Positions 29,980 to 42,700 of a stretch of DNA of 64,000 nt are shown here, in pieces. This stretch comes from Planctomycetota bacterium. Lineage in GTDB: Bacteria; Planctomycetota; GCA-002687715; CAIWVZ01. The translations under genes and the position numbers were made by a program. The stretch spans positions 320,001 to 384,000 of the forward strand of contig JBGANV010000006.1 of NCBI GenBank assembly GCA_044222185.1, in the 5' to 3' direction. The notes beneath the pieces are model-generated. The model searched no databases. It was not told the origin of the DNA and saw nothing but the letters and a program-made list of their open reading frames with translations. How positions within the stretch are numbered: the stretch's first letter is position 1; the number at the start of each line of letters is the position of its first letter.

Positions 29980-30585
29980 ATGGATGCCGGAACCCCCGAC
30001 CCGGAAACCCACGGAACCGAGACCGTGACCGACTGGATCGTCCGCCTGAAGCAGGGCGACGCCTCGGCTGCCCGCCAGATCTGGAACCGCTACTTCGATC
30101 GGTTGACCAAGCTCGCCGAGCGGCGCCTCCTCGGCGCGGCCACGGCGCTGCCCGCGGGCGACGACGTCGCACTCGAATCCCTGAACGCACTCTTCGAGGG
30201 CGCCCAGGCCGGCCGATTCACGCGCCTCGACGATCGCGATGATCTCTGGCAGGTCCTGACCCTCATCGCGTGTCGCCGCGCGTCGAACGCCCGCCGTTCC
30301 GCCCGAGCGCGCAAGGACGTGGCCGCGTCAGCTTCGGGCGTGGATCTGGAGATGTTCTCCGGCGGACTCGCCCCCGTGGTCGACACGGAGCCCAACGATC
30401 AATGGCTCGGTGGAATCACGGCCGCGTGTTCCGAACTCCTGGGTCTCCTCGACGTGAAGCTGAAGCGGATCGCCATCTCGCGCCTCCAGGGCTACACGAA
30501 CATGGAGATCGCCACGCAGCGTGCCTGTTCCGTGAAGAGCGTCGAGCGCTACATGCGGATGATCCGCGAGCGGTGGGCTGATTGA
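29980..30585 (+). CDS. ECF-type sigma factor (planctomycete-type)
   Basis: VTDWIVRLKQGDASAARQIWNRYFDRL, DRDDLWQVL, GYTNMEIA...SVERY; GGAG upstream of ATG 29980. Confidence 0.9.
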   Translation: MDAGTPDPETHGTETVTDWIVRLKQGDASAARQIWNRYFDRLTKLAERRLLGAATALPAGDDVALESLNALFEGAQAGRFTRLDDRDDLWQVLTLIACRRASNARRSARARKDVAASASGVDLEMFSGGLAPVVDTEPNDQWLGGITAACSELLGLLDVKLKRIAISRLQGYTNMEIATQRACSVKSVERYMRMIRERWAD

Positions 30586-30604
30586 GGCGTCGCGCCCCGC
30601 GGCC

Positions 30605-31504
30605 TCACCACCGCGAGCGGTCGATGTCGTCGTACTCGTAGCCGAAGCGCCGCGCGCTCGGCCGTCGCCGGGAGAGGGCTGCGTGCCAGATCGGGCTCGT
30701 CGGGAACAGGCGAATGAGGATGAACCCCGCGAGGAACCCGCCGATGTGGGCCCACCACGCGACGCCACCGCTCCCGCTGGGGGAGAGGAAGCTCATCAGG
30801 ACCTGCTCACCGAGGTAGATCACGAGGTAGAGGATGGCCGGCAGGTGCATCGTCGTCCAGAAGCCGAGAAGCGGTACGACGGTGAGGACCTGCGCCCGCG
30901 GGAAGCGGAGTGCGAACCCGCCCATCACTCCCGCGATGGCGCCCGACGCGCCCAGGAACACGACGATCGATCCCAGGTCCGTGAGCAAGTGGGCCGCCGA
31001 CGCCGCGAGCCCGCACGCGAGATAGAACGCGGCGAACCCGAGCTTGCCGAGGAGGTCCTCGACGCTGGCGCCGAACACCCAGAGGAACCACATGTTCCCG
31101 AGGAGATGCAGCCATCCGGCGTGCATGAACATGGACGTGAGGAGCGTGAGCCACGGGTGGATCCGCGGCGAGACGGCACGCAGCCCGATGAACCCGCGGT
31201 ATTGGTAACGGGGGCCGTCGGACGTCCGCGAGACCGTGATCTCGCTCACGTCGACGCGCGGGTCGTAGGGAATCACTTCGCCCTTGCCCGTGATCGCCGC
31301 GACGGGCGTGCCCGCCGCCATCAACACCGTCAGGTCCGGATGGCTGAGCGTGTACGGGATCGTCGCGTACTCGTACATGTGCCGCTGGAACGCGGCGTCG
31401 CCGCCCGACTTCATCGCGAGGAAGACCGCGAGGTTCAGTCCGACGATGAGCCAGGTGACGACCGGGCGCGAGTAGACGGGATTTTCAGCGCGGATCGGGA
31501 ACAC
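30605..31504 (-). CDS. Rhomboid-family intramembrane serine protease
   Basis: TSMFMHAGWLHLLGNM, GASGAIAG (Ser), VAWWAHIGG (His). Start placed at GTG 31504. Confidence 0.93.
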   Translation of the reverse strand: MFPIRAENPVYSRPVVTWLIVGLNLAVFLAMKSGGDAAFQRHMYEYATIPYTLSHPDLTVLMAAGTPVAAITGKGEVIPYDPRVDVSEITVSRTSDGPRYQYRGFIGLRAVSPRIHPWLTLLTSMFMHAGWLHLLGNMWFLWVFGASVEDLLGKLGFAAFYLACGLAASAAHLLTDLGSIVVFLGASGAIAGVMGGFALRFPRAQVLTVVPLLGFWTTMHLPAILYLVIYLGEQVLMSFLSPSGSGGVAWWAHIGGFLAGFILIRLFPTSPIWHAALSRRRPSARRFGYEYDDIDRSRW

Positions 31505-31561
31505 GATGCGGGCACGGTACGCGCTTGGCGCCAGGGCGCGAAGCCCGAGCGCCGCGCGCAC

Positions 31562-33534
<1,973 letters not shown>

Positions 33535-33538
<4 letters not shown>

Positions 33539-34491
33539 GCGGGCGTTCCTGCGGTGGCTTTCCCGATGGCATCGAGCAGCTCGGGCCCGATGGCGACGGA
33601 CTCGGCCTTCACGTCGTCGATCAGTTGCTTCTCGCTCGTGACGCCGACGATCACCGACGCGACGTTGGGATCGCGCAGGCACCAGCGCAGGGACGCTTGC
33701 GGAAGTGTGACTCCGGCGGCTTCCGCCAGGCGCTTCGCCTGATCGACGCGGGTGAGGATGGTCGGGTCGAGGTATCGGTCGATGAACGCGTTCGATCTGG
33801 GATCGGCCGCCCGGCTTCCCGGTGGACGCTTGCCTCCCGAATACTTGCCCGAGAGCACGCCCTGGGCGAGCGGTGAGAACACGACCTGTGAGAGGCCGAA
33901 TTCGCGGGAGACGGGAATGACCTCGGGCTCGATCGCCCGATCGAGGAGGTTGTACGGCGGCTGGTTGCTGATGGGCTTCTCGCGGCCCGCGGCTTCCGCG
34001 ATGCGACAGACGTTCGTGATTTGCGCGCCAGTCCAGTAGCTCACGCCCCAATGGAGGATCTTCCCGGCGGTGACGAGGTCGTCCATGGTGCGGACGAGTT
34101 CCTCGAGCGGGGCGTCGGGGTCGAAACGATGACACTGGTAGAGGTCGACGTGATCCGTCTTCAGCCGTTCCAGGCTGTGATCGATGCTCGCTCGGATGTG
34201 CTTGCGTGACAGTCCCCGGTCGAAGCGGTGATCCGACATGGGGAAGAAGCACTTGGTCGCAAGCACGTAGTGATCGCGGTTGACACCCTCGAATGCCCGT
34301 CCCCATGCGGTTTCGGCGATTCCCTGGCCGTAGACGTCGGCCGTGTCGAAGAACGTCACGCCCAGGTCGAGGGCCTTGCGGACGAGGGCAGTGGTCTCGC
34401 TTTGCGCGACGGTCTGACCCATCGTGAGCCAGGCTCCGAGGCCGATCGTGCTCACGGAGAGGCTGCTGTTGCCGATGCGACGGTGTTGCAT
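33535..34491 (-). CDS. Aldo/keto reductase (Kv-beta/Tas-like)
   Basis: [43 protein letters not shown]. Confidence 0.93.
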
Positions 34492-34582
34492 GGGGCGAAG
34501 CCTATCAGATCGAACGGAAGCGGTGGAGCCGGGGCGTCGCGGGGCTTGCCAACGAATGCGGCGCCGAGCTAGGCTCGGGCGC

Positions 34583-35950
34583 ATGTCTCCGGCAGCTCCC
34601 CGCACGTTCGATCCCTCGCAGGCGCTGGCGCTCGCCTATGACGGCCCAGGTCCCGTCGTCGTTCGCGGGCGGGCTGGAGTCGGTCGCACGACGGTCCTCG
34701 TCGCGCGGGTGGCAGCGTCGCTGGCGCAGCCGGCGCTGGTCCCGCGGCGCATCCTCGTGCTCACGCCGCACGCCGCGGCCGTCGCGGGGCTTCGCACGGC
34801 GATCACCGCGCGACTCGGGCGGGATACCACCGACCTCGAAGTTCGCACGGTGGATTCACTCTGCGCCGACGTGTTGGACCGTGCCGGGCGTCCCCTCGAA
34901 CGATTGTCGGAGGTCGAAGCGTCCGGGTTCATGGCTGATGCGCTGGCGGCCGTCAGGCGTCGTGACGCTCGGCCCGTCCTCTCGCGGAGCGATGCCTTCT
35001 TCGCCTCGGAGATCGGCGAGGTGATCAAGGGGCGGGCGCTGGGGTTGCGTGAGGAGTACCTCTCGCTCGATCGCGAGGGCCGCTGGCGTGGCCTCGAAGC
35101 GAGCGTGCGCGAGAGCGTCTGGGCGGTCTACCAGGAGTACGAGCGGCGACTCCATGCCGCGGGCGCGAGCGACGCCGAGGGACTGTCGATCCACGCCTTG
35201 GGAGCCGTGGGCGCGGGCGGCGAGATCCAGGTCGACGCCGTCTACGTGGACGATGCCCACGCGCTTCCCAAGGCGGCGCTTCAGCTCTGCCGCGCGGTGG
35301 CTCGGCCGTCCGATCACATCTGGATCTTCACGGATGACTCGCAGCGGTACTTCCGTCAGGGCTTCACCCTGAAAGAGGCGGGCATCGAGGCGCGCCGCAG
35401 CTTCGAGCTCGAGCACGACTGGCGTCGCAGCGAGAGTCTGCGGCGCTTCTGCGACGCGCTGGCGCAGGACGATCCGACCGGCAAGGCGTCGACGATCGTG
35501 CCGCGGTCGGACGACGTTCGGGTGGAAGCAGCCGCGGATTTCGTGTCCCAATTTCCAGCGGCGATGGAGATCGTTCGCGGCCTTTTCGCCGAGGGCGTCG
35601 CTCCGACGGAGATCGCCGTCGTCACACGATTCGATCGCAACGTGCGGTTGATCGGTAGGGCCGCGACGGACGCGGGCCTTTCCACCGTTCGCGCCGGTGC
35701 GCTTGCGACCAATCCAGGATCCCACGTCGTCATGGGCACCGTCGACGAGATTCGCGGACTCGAATTCGAGGCGGTCGTCATCGTGGACGCGAGTCGGGGC
35801 GCGTTCCCCAGCGACGACGGCGGCCAGGACCCGTCGGTCGTCTTCCGCGATCGGCGCAGACTGTTCGTCGCCGCGTCGCGCGCGCGGTCGCGGATCGCGC
35901 TCGTGCACCAAGAGGGATTGGCTTCGCCGTTCCTGCCGACGTTCGTGTGA
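34583..35950 (+). CDS. UvrD/Rep SF1 helicase-like protein with substituted Walker motifs
   Basis: GRAGVGRTT, VYVDDAH, DDSQRYF, RGLEFEAV, LFVAASRAR. Confidence 0.78.
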   Translation: MSPAAPRTFDPSQALALAYDGPGPVVVRGRAGVGRTTVLVARVAASLAQPALVPRRILVLTPHAAAVAGLRTAITARLGRDTTDLEVRTVDSLCADVLDRAGRPLERLSEVEASGFMADALAAVRRRDARPVLSRSDAFFASEIGEVIKGRALGLREEYLSLDREGRWRGLEASVRESVWAVYQEYERRLHAAGASDAEGLSIHALGAVGAGGEIQVDAVYVDDAHALPKAALQLCRAVARPSDHIWIFTDDSQRYFRQGFTLKEAGIEARRSFELEHDWRRSESLRRFCDALAQDDPTGKASTIVPRSDDVRVEAAADFVSQFPAAMEIVRGLFAEGVAPTEIAVVTRFDRNVRLIGRAATDAGLSTVRAGALATNPGSHVVMGTVDEIRGLEFEAVVIVDASRGAFPSDDGGQDPSVVFRDRRRLFVAASRARSRIALVHQEGLASPFLPTFV

Positions 35951-35975
35951 CGATCGCACGCGCGTCCGCCCGCGG

Positions 35976-36252
35976 CGGAGCGCCGCGCTCCGCGCGGCTG
36001 GACGGCAGGGCTCCGCCCTGCCTGAATTCAGACGGCCGATCCCATTCCGACCATTCGCACGGAGAGGCCCACGCGGCCGCGAGCGATCGGCCGGAGCGCC
36101 GCGCTCCGCGCGGCTGGACGGCAGGGCTCTGCCCTGCCTGAATTCAGACGGCCGATCCCATCCCGACGGTTCGCACGGAGACGCCCACGCGGCCGCGAGC
36201 GATCGGCGATGCCCCGCGTTCCGTTCCAGGCAGGAGCCCTGCCATCCAGCCG
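35976..36252. repeat. Two tandem 116-bp REP-like units plus an inverted partial copy
   Basis: Units start CGGAGCGCC at 35976 and 36092; each has a GCCGCGC/GCGCGGC stem and a GGCAGGGC/GCCCTGCC stem; inverted core at about 36227-36252. Confidence 0.85.
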
Positions 36253-36289
36253 TTCGAATGCCGGCGCGCCCGATGTCGTCGACCGGCCC

Positions 36290-38473
36290 TCACTGCGACG
36301 TGAAGCGCACGACGGGTGACGTCGGCCCGAGCGCGGCGCCGGTGAAGTCGAACGCCAGCGCGTCCACGGACAGCCCCGGCGGGACGGCGAGCGGGCCGAA
36401 GTTCGTGGTGACGGTCGAGGTCACGAAGTGGATCGGCGGCGTTCCCACCGGCAACGACACCTCGAAGATCAGGAACGACACGTCAGTGGCGCACAGCCCC
36501 AGGAGCGGACCGCTCCCGGGCGCGCCCGGGCACAGCTCCAGGCTGAAGAGGTTGAAGTACTCGTGGCCGGGCAGGAGTCCGTCGTTGGCGACGAACACGC
36601 CCGTGCCCGGACCGCCGGGCTGACTGAGCGTCAGGATCGGCGTGGACGGGATCGCCGTCGTCGTCAGCGTGGACGCCGCGGACTTGGCCGGGTCACCGAG
36701 CGAGCCGACGGTGACGGTGAGGGCGCTCGTCGAGTTCAACGCCGCATTGGCCGGCACGCTCACCGTCACGGTGAACGACTGCGTCGCGCCCGCCGCGATC
36801 GGTCCCACGGTCGCGCCGCTCGCCGACGCGGACCACGTCGACGCGCCGAGCGACACGCCGAACGTCTCGGCCACGTAGCTCGTGTTGGTGATCGTGAGCG
36901 TGTAGGTCGAGCTCCCGCCGCGGGGACCTGGCTGCGCCGCCGTCGGCGGCGTCAACGTCAAGCTGTACACGGCGTTCACCGCCGCGAGCACGTCCAGTCG
37001 CCCCGCGCCGTACGTGTTGTTCGGCGATCCGCTGCTGCTGCAGCTGGTGCTGTTGACGTGCACCGCCGAGTTCATGAGGACCTGCTCGGTGGCGGTGATC
37101 TGCCCCCGCAGCGCCGGCCGCGCCGACCACAAGAGCGCCACGGCGCCCGCCACGTGCGGCGTCGCCATGGACGTACCGGAGAGCGAGGCGTAGCTGTTCC
37201 CCGGCACCGACGACGAGACGCCCTGCCCGGGCGCCGCGATGTCCGGCTTCATGCGATTCGAGCTGTCGACCGTCACGGGACCGCGACTCGAGAAGCTCGA
37301 GATGTTGCCCGTGGAGATGCTGTGCGAACCCACGGTGAAGTTGTCGTCGTAGATCGCGGGTGGATCCGTGACCGTGCCGCAGCTCGGACCCGAGTTTCCG
37401 GCGGCGACGACCGTCATGATCCCGGCCGCGCGCTGAGCCGCGCACGCCGCGAGCAACGTGGGCGGCGAGCAGCCCTCCGACGTGGGGCATCCCCACGAGT
37501 TCGTCGTGAGGTCGGGCCCGAGCAGGGGGTTGCCCTGCGCGGGGGTTCCGCCGAGCGGATAGGGCGCGAGGAACCACTCGAAGGATTCGAGGTAGGTCGC
37601 GGGCGTGCCGTTGCCCTGGTCCATATCGCGGCAGCCGATCCAGCGAGCTCCGGGAGCCATGCCGATCTGATGCGTGGCGCCGTCGTCACCGCAGACGGTG
37701 CCCATGGTGTGTGTCCCGTGGCTGTTGTCGTCGCACGGGGCGGTCGTGTTCGCGCCGCAGGAGCCGCCGCCGCTGTGGATGCTGTCGTGCCAATTCAGGC
37801 TGTGCGACGCCGTCGTCCCGTTCCAGCCACGGTACTGGTTGATGATCGCGGGGTGATCCCACTGATATCCCGTGTCCTGTCCGCCGACGACGATCCCCTG
37901 GCCGGTGAAGCCGAGGGCCCAGACGGCCGGCGCGTTCGTGTACGCCACGTGGCTCGAGATCGTCTTCAGCAGGCTCGGCGGCTCGTCCACGATCGCGGGC
38001 GTCGTCGCATCGACGAGTCCACGCACCACCGGGTTGCCGTCGATGCGCGCGACGTCCGAGCGACGCGCGAGTTCGAGGGCGACTTCCCGCGTGCCCTTCA
38101 CCAGCAGGAGATTGACGATGTAGAACGAGCGGTATTCGATGCGGTGCTCGTCGAGCCAGGCGCGCAGGGGCTTCTGGGTCTCTTGAGCCTTCTGCCACAG
38201 CGCGCGGTAGACGAACGTCCCCTTCTCCGCCTTCGTCGCGAGCTTCTCGGCCGGCGAGAGGTCGGCCTGATCGGCGAGGACGACGAGGAACTCGGCGGCT
38301 TCTCCGCGCTCGGTGTGCAGCGACACCCAGGGCGCGAGCTTCCGCATGGGGTCGGATTCCTGCGGTCGCGCCTCCTGCGCCGGCAGCATGGCAGTTGCGG
38401 AGGCGAGCACGAGGGCGCACGGAAGAACCCACCCGGCGCCGGAGGGCCGGCGGGATTGACTCAGTCTGTTCAT
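36290..38473 (-). CDS. Secreted S8 subtilisin-like peptidase (bacillopeptidase F-like) with Ig-like and C-terminal (type A) domains
   Basis: QDTG, HGTHTMG, AAGNSG, GTSMATPHVAG; signal peptide and propeptide. Confidence 0.93.
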   Translation of the reverse strand: MNRLSQSRRPSGAGWVLPCALVLASATAMLPAQEARPQESDPMRKLAPWVSLHTERGEAAEFLVVLADQADLSPAEKLATKAEKGTFVYRALWQKAQETQKPLRAWLDEHRIEYRSFYIVNLLLVKGTREVALELARRSDVARIDGNPVVRGLVDATTPAIVDEPPSLLKTISSHVAYTNAPAVWALGFTGQGIVVGGQDTGYQWDHPAIINQYRGWNGTTASHSLNWHDSIHSGGGSCGANTTAPCDDNSHGTHTMGTVCGDDGATHQIGMAPGARWIGCRDMDQGNGTPATYLESFEWFLAPYPLGGTPAQGNPLLGPDLTTNSWGCPTSEGCSPPTLLAACAAQRAAGIMTVVAAGNSGPSCGTVTDPPAIYDDNFTVGSHSISTGNISSFSSRGPVTVDSSNRMKPDIAAPGQGVSSSVPGNSYASLSGTSMATPHVAGAVALLWSARPALRGQITATEQVLMNSAVHVNSTSCSSSGSPNNTYGAGRLDVLAAVNAVYSLTLTPPTAAQPGPRGGSSTYTLTITNTSYVAETFGVSLGASTWSASASGATVGPIAAGATQSFTVTVSVPANAALNSTSALTVTVGSLGDPAKSAASTLTTTAIPSTPILTLSQPGGPGTGVFVANDGLLPGHEYFNLFSLELCPGAPGSGPLLGLCATDVSFLIFEVSLPVGTPPIHFVTSTVTTNFGPLAVPPGLSVDALAFDFTGAALGPTSPVVRFTSQ

Positions 38474-38553
38474 GGCGACTTCAGCGCTCGCGTGGAGCGC
38501 TCCAACGCTTCGAGGACGCTTCGGATCAGCAACGGTGCTGGGGCGCGCCGATC

Positions 38554-39720
38554 TTACACGCCGAGCCGCGAGCGGTGGTAGATGAGGCACGCTCGCAGTG
38601 GCCAGGTCGCGGACCGATCATCCTCCGCCGGCCTCGCGACGAAATCCCACGATTCGCCGGGGCTTTCCCGCCGAAGCAGGCCCACGTCTCCGCCATTGTC
38701 GAGGAGGATGGCCTCTTTTGCGCCACCCGCGGCAAGCGCGAGCGCGAGGTCACGGATCGTGGTTCCTTCGCGGTTCGAGCGGCCCGTGACGACGACCGAT
38801 GCAACCGACCCGTCCTCGTCCACGGCAAGCGCGTGGTGGGGATAGATCCCGGGAAGGAACGCGATCGTGATGGCGCGATCGTCGATGGCGAACGTGCCCG
38901 GCTCATCCACGACGATGGTTTCGCGGTAGCCCTTCTGGATGAGCGCCGGCCGCAGGCGCTCGGGGCTGATCCGGTACATGAGCGTGGACGCGTCGAGGAG
39001 GTTGTTGACGGGGAGGTTCTCGATGAGCGCGAGCCGGACCGGCTCACCTTGGACGGCGCGGTAGCGCAGCTCGCGGTTGCTCATCATGCGATCGAGGGCG
39101 AAGTCGACCTTCAGGCCGCTCGCCAACTCGACCCAGGCGGGGAGGACGAGATGCCGCAGGTCCGCGTACTCGTCGGCGTCCGGCGGAAGCGGGATCCCGT
39201 TCCGCACCAGGAGCGGCCCGGTGACCACGAAGTCGTCCTCGTCGAACACGCTCGTGGGCGCAAGCGCAGCCGCGAGCGCATCGCCTTCGAGGAGGTCGCC
39301 CTTCGATCCGCCTCGAACGCGAACGCCCGCGCGCATCGGACCCGCTATGCCGAACCGTCCCGCGGAGTTCCGCGCGAGGACGCCGCGATTGCAGAGGAGG
39401 TTCCCACAGCCCGTCACCGCGACCGGCAGTCGGTCGGGACGCTGGTCTTCGAAACGAGCCAGGTGTGAGTCGCCGTCCGCGAGCACGGGTAGGAACCCCG
39501 CGCGTTGATGCTCCGGCGTCGTCACGCGCACGCCACGACCGTTGCGTTCACCGATGACGTAGGCCGGACCGTCGCCGCGGACGACGCCGCGCGATCCACG
39601 AGCCTCGGCCTGCACGGAAAGCGATACGAGAACCTCGCCCGGTTCGGTCCGGAAGACGAGAGTCGCGACGTTCGACGGATCACCTTGCGGGGTCGAGCGG
39701 GCGGGGACGGCAGGGTTCAC
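38554..39720 (-). CDS. Hypothetical protein; C-terminus resembles phosphodiester glycosidase (NAGPA-like) domain
   Basis: GPLLVRNG; GTTIRDLALAL...GAKEAILLDNGG resembles AxNLDGGG. GTG start 7 nt after TACAAT. Confidence 0.55.
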   Translation of the reverse strand: MNPAVPARSTPQGDPSNVATLVFRTEPGEVLVSLSVQAEARGSRGVVRGDGPAYVIGERNGRGVRVTTPEHQRAGFLPVLADGDSHLARFEDQRPDRLPVAVTGCGNLLCNRGVLARNSAGRFGIAGPMRAGVRVRGGSKGDLLEGDALAAALAPTSVFDEDDFVVTGPLLVRNGIPLPPDADEYADLRHLVLPAWVELASGLKVDFALDRMMSNRELRYRAVQGEPVRLALIENLPVNNLLDASTLMYRISPERLRPALIQKGYRETIVVDEPGTFAIDDRAITIAFLPGIYPHHALAVDEDGSVASVVVTGRSNREGTTIRDLALALAAGGAKEAILLDNGGDVGLLRRESPGESWDFVARPAEDDRSATWPLRACLIYHRSRLGV

Positions 39721-39752
39721 GGGCGGGATTGTAGGTGGGCGCAGGCCGCGGT

Positions 39753-42700
39753 CTACCTGCGAGCGCGAGTGCCGGGGAGGATTCTCGTTTGATACCCGTC
39801 GCGCCACGCGCGCTGGACGGCGCCATCGGGGAAGTGCTCGTCTTCGCGGTACGGATAATTCGACATTCCGCGGAAGGGGAGGGGCTCGACCGTGTAGGGA
39901 TGCGCCGTGTGCGGGTCCATGTCCTTGCACCAGCCGAACGCATCGAGCACCCAGGTGCGGGTCATCCCCGGGGCGGGCGCGGGCGGCTCGGGGAATTCCA
40001 GTGAGATTTCCTCGCCTCCGCCATAAACCACGAAGCAGTCGTCGGCGTCAGTGAGGAGTTCCTTGACGTCGCCGAAGCGCGTGAACGCGCCGGCGAGGCA
40101 CTTCCACGGGAACGACGGGTCCATGATGTTGCCGTCGTAGAGACGCGGCGCGCGGCCGTCGGGGGAATACTCGCGCGGATAACCCGTGAATCGGAGATCC
40201 GCCGTGACGGGGTCGAGCGCGCGGACCGTGAGTGGAACGTCCACGGGCTCGGTGAGCCAGATCCGATCGACGTAGAACTCCTGGTTCGTGCGCAGACGCA
40301 TGCGGCCCGTGAGGTTCGCCGGCAGCGCGCCGAGGGGAAGCGTCATCGTGCGCGACAGGCCCGCGGGGTAGCACGCGTCGTTCATCAGCGCGACGAAACC
40401 GCGACCGGCCACCTCCACGTCCACGCCCAGGCCTTCGAGGCGGACTCCCGCCTGCGCGGCGGCGATGTTCACGTGCGAGTAGGGGTACTCGACCCAGCCG
40501 TCGAGGCCGAGGACGGTGGCCTTCGTTTCCGAGACGCGGCGCAGCGCGTCACCGAAATCGAACACGAATGCGGACGGCTCGGCGAATCCGATGAACCGCG
40601 GATCGGGTTTCGTCGACGCGTAGGTGCGGTCGATGGCGGAGACTTCGCGCAGGACGTCGCGGCCGTCCGGGCCCGTGGCCGCGATGGGGAAGTGACGCTC
40701 GCGGATCGCCAGGAGCTTGCCGTCGGGCTGGGGCGCCGTGATCGCGAACCGCTCGTCGGGAATCACGTCGACGTCGATCGGGTGATCGACGGCGAGGAGC
40801 TTCACGCGATCGAGGTAGCAGACCTCCTCGAACGGCTCGTGGATGCGGATCGGGATGCGACCGCCCTTCGACGCGAGTCTGGGAATCAGGACCAGCTCGC
40901 TCGGATCGGGCGGACCGAACTCGCCCGGCGACAGGGCGAATCCCAGCCCGCCGACGCCGAGGAAGTCCGTGACGAGGTCCCAACGCTCGCCCGTCCACAC
41001 GAAGAGCATGGGGCACGACGAACCCTTGCGCTGGAACTCTTCGATGACCTTCTTCTGGTCGCCGGGCACGGAGCCCTCCGATTGAAGCACGTCGTCGGGC
41101 CACGTGATGCGGACGTAGTCGGCCGTGCCGTTCACGCCCAGTCCGAAGTGGAGGTTCGACGGCCCCGAGCCCGGCGTGCCGTCGGACGCGCGCAGCTCGC
41201 GGACCCGGAAGTTCGTTCCCGTCATCACCTCGACGCGGGCGCCGATGCCGCCGGCGTTCGCACGCATCTTGCCCGGATCGATGCGCCCCGCGAGCTTGAT
41301 GTCGAGGGCGTGATTCCCTGCGGATTTCGTTCCGAAGTACACGGCCGTGGAGACCTCCGTGCCCACGCAGAGGTCGGGCGCGAGGTCGCCGTTCACGTCG
41401 GCGATCACGAACGCGGTCGGACGGGGCGAGTTCGTCGTGGGATCCGGAGGCAGCGGCCATTCCAGCGTCGCCGCGAACGAGCCGGACCGGATCACCGACG
41501 CGGGGATCACGCGGATCGACTTCGATCCGACGACGACGAGTTCGTCCGTCCCGTCGCCATCCAGGTCGGCGAGGCGACACAGGCCCGCGGAGCCATCTTG
41601 CGGCGCGGCGGCTGCGACGGCGTTGAACGTGATCTGGAACGGGCTCGATGTCACTTGCCGATACAGGCCGAGGCCTGCCTTGCCCGAGACGACGAGGTCC
41701 GTGGCGCGATCGGCGTCTGCGTCTTCCACGATGAAGGACGTGACGTCGTTCAGTTCGAACAGGCCGCTTCGGGCCGTCACGTCCGTGAATCGCAGCAGGC
41801 GTTCGTTGCGCCAGATCCGCACCCCGCCCTTGCCCGAGAAGACGAGGTCCGCATCCGCGTCGCCGTCCAGGTCGGCGGCGCAGACGCGATCGAAATCTGA
41901 AAGCGACGGCAGCGGTGGCGGGCGGAATGCCCCGGGGCGTGACTCGGGCGCGCCCGACTGGCCAGGGGCTTCGACGAACGATCCGTCGCGCTCGTTCAGG
42001 AAGATGTCGAGGCGGTTCCCCTGCGGCGGGTCACCTCGTCCATCGGACTCGAGAAGGATGACGTCGACGTCCGCGTCCTGGTCGATGTCGGCAACGCAGG
42101 CGGAGCGGATGCGACGGAACATGGGCCGCCTCTCCTCCCAGCCCTTCGGGAACGCCATCCGGCGATACTGCCCGTCGCGGAAGAGGAACTCGGACGCCCG
42201 TCCGCCACCGATGACGAGCAAGTCCGTGGAGCCGTTCTGATCCAGGTCGGCGGCGATGAGCTGATCGACGGGATCCTCGTCGTCGATCTGCGCCACCTCC
42301 GCGTCAGGCCGCGAAACGAGCTTCCCCGATTCCCACGACGAGAGCCGGATCCCGCGCTTCTCTCCGCGCGTGGCCACGATGGTCGTGCCGCCCTGATCGA
42401 ACACGGCGAGCAGGGCCCCCGCGATCGACGTGACGTGGACCTCGGAGGCCGTGAGTTTCGTCGGCGGAGTCTGCGCGGCAACACCGAGTCCCGGATCCCG
42501 CACGGCCTCGCCGAGCCGCCCCATCTCCGTGTAGATGATGCGACGCTTGTTGCCGGTCTCGGCTCGCTCGAACGCTTGGAAGAGCGTGAGGAGTTGTTCC
42601 TGGGCGGCGCGGTCCGTGCGGCGCTTGAGTCCCGCGAGCGCGTAGATCGCCGAGGACAGGTGCGTTTCGCCCGCGACGGACTTCTCGAGCAGTTCGACGC

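Noticed and set aside
30605-31504. Rhomboid (or the CPBP at 12562) as the sortase for the shared C-terminal domains
   Set aside because: Rhombosortase-type substrates end in a TM helix plus basic tail; these tails are beta-rich and lack that pattern.
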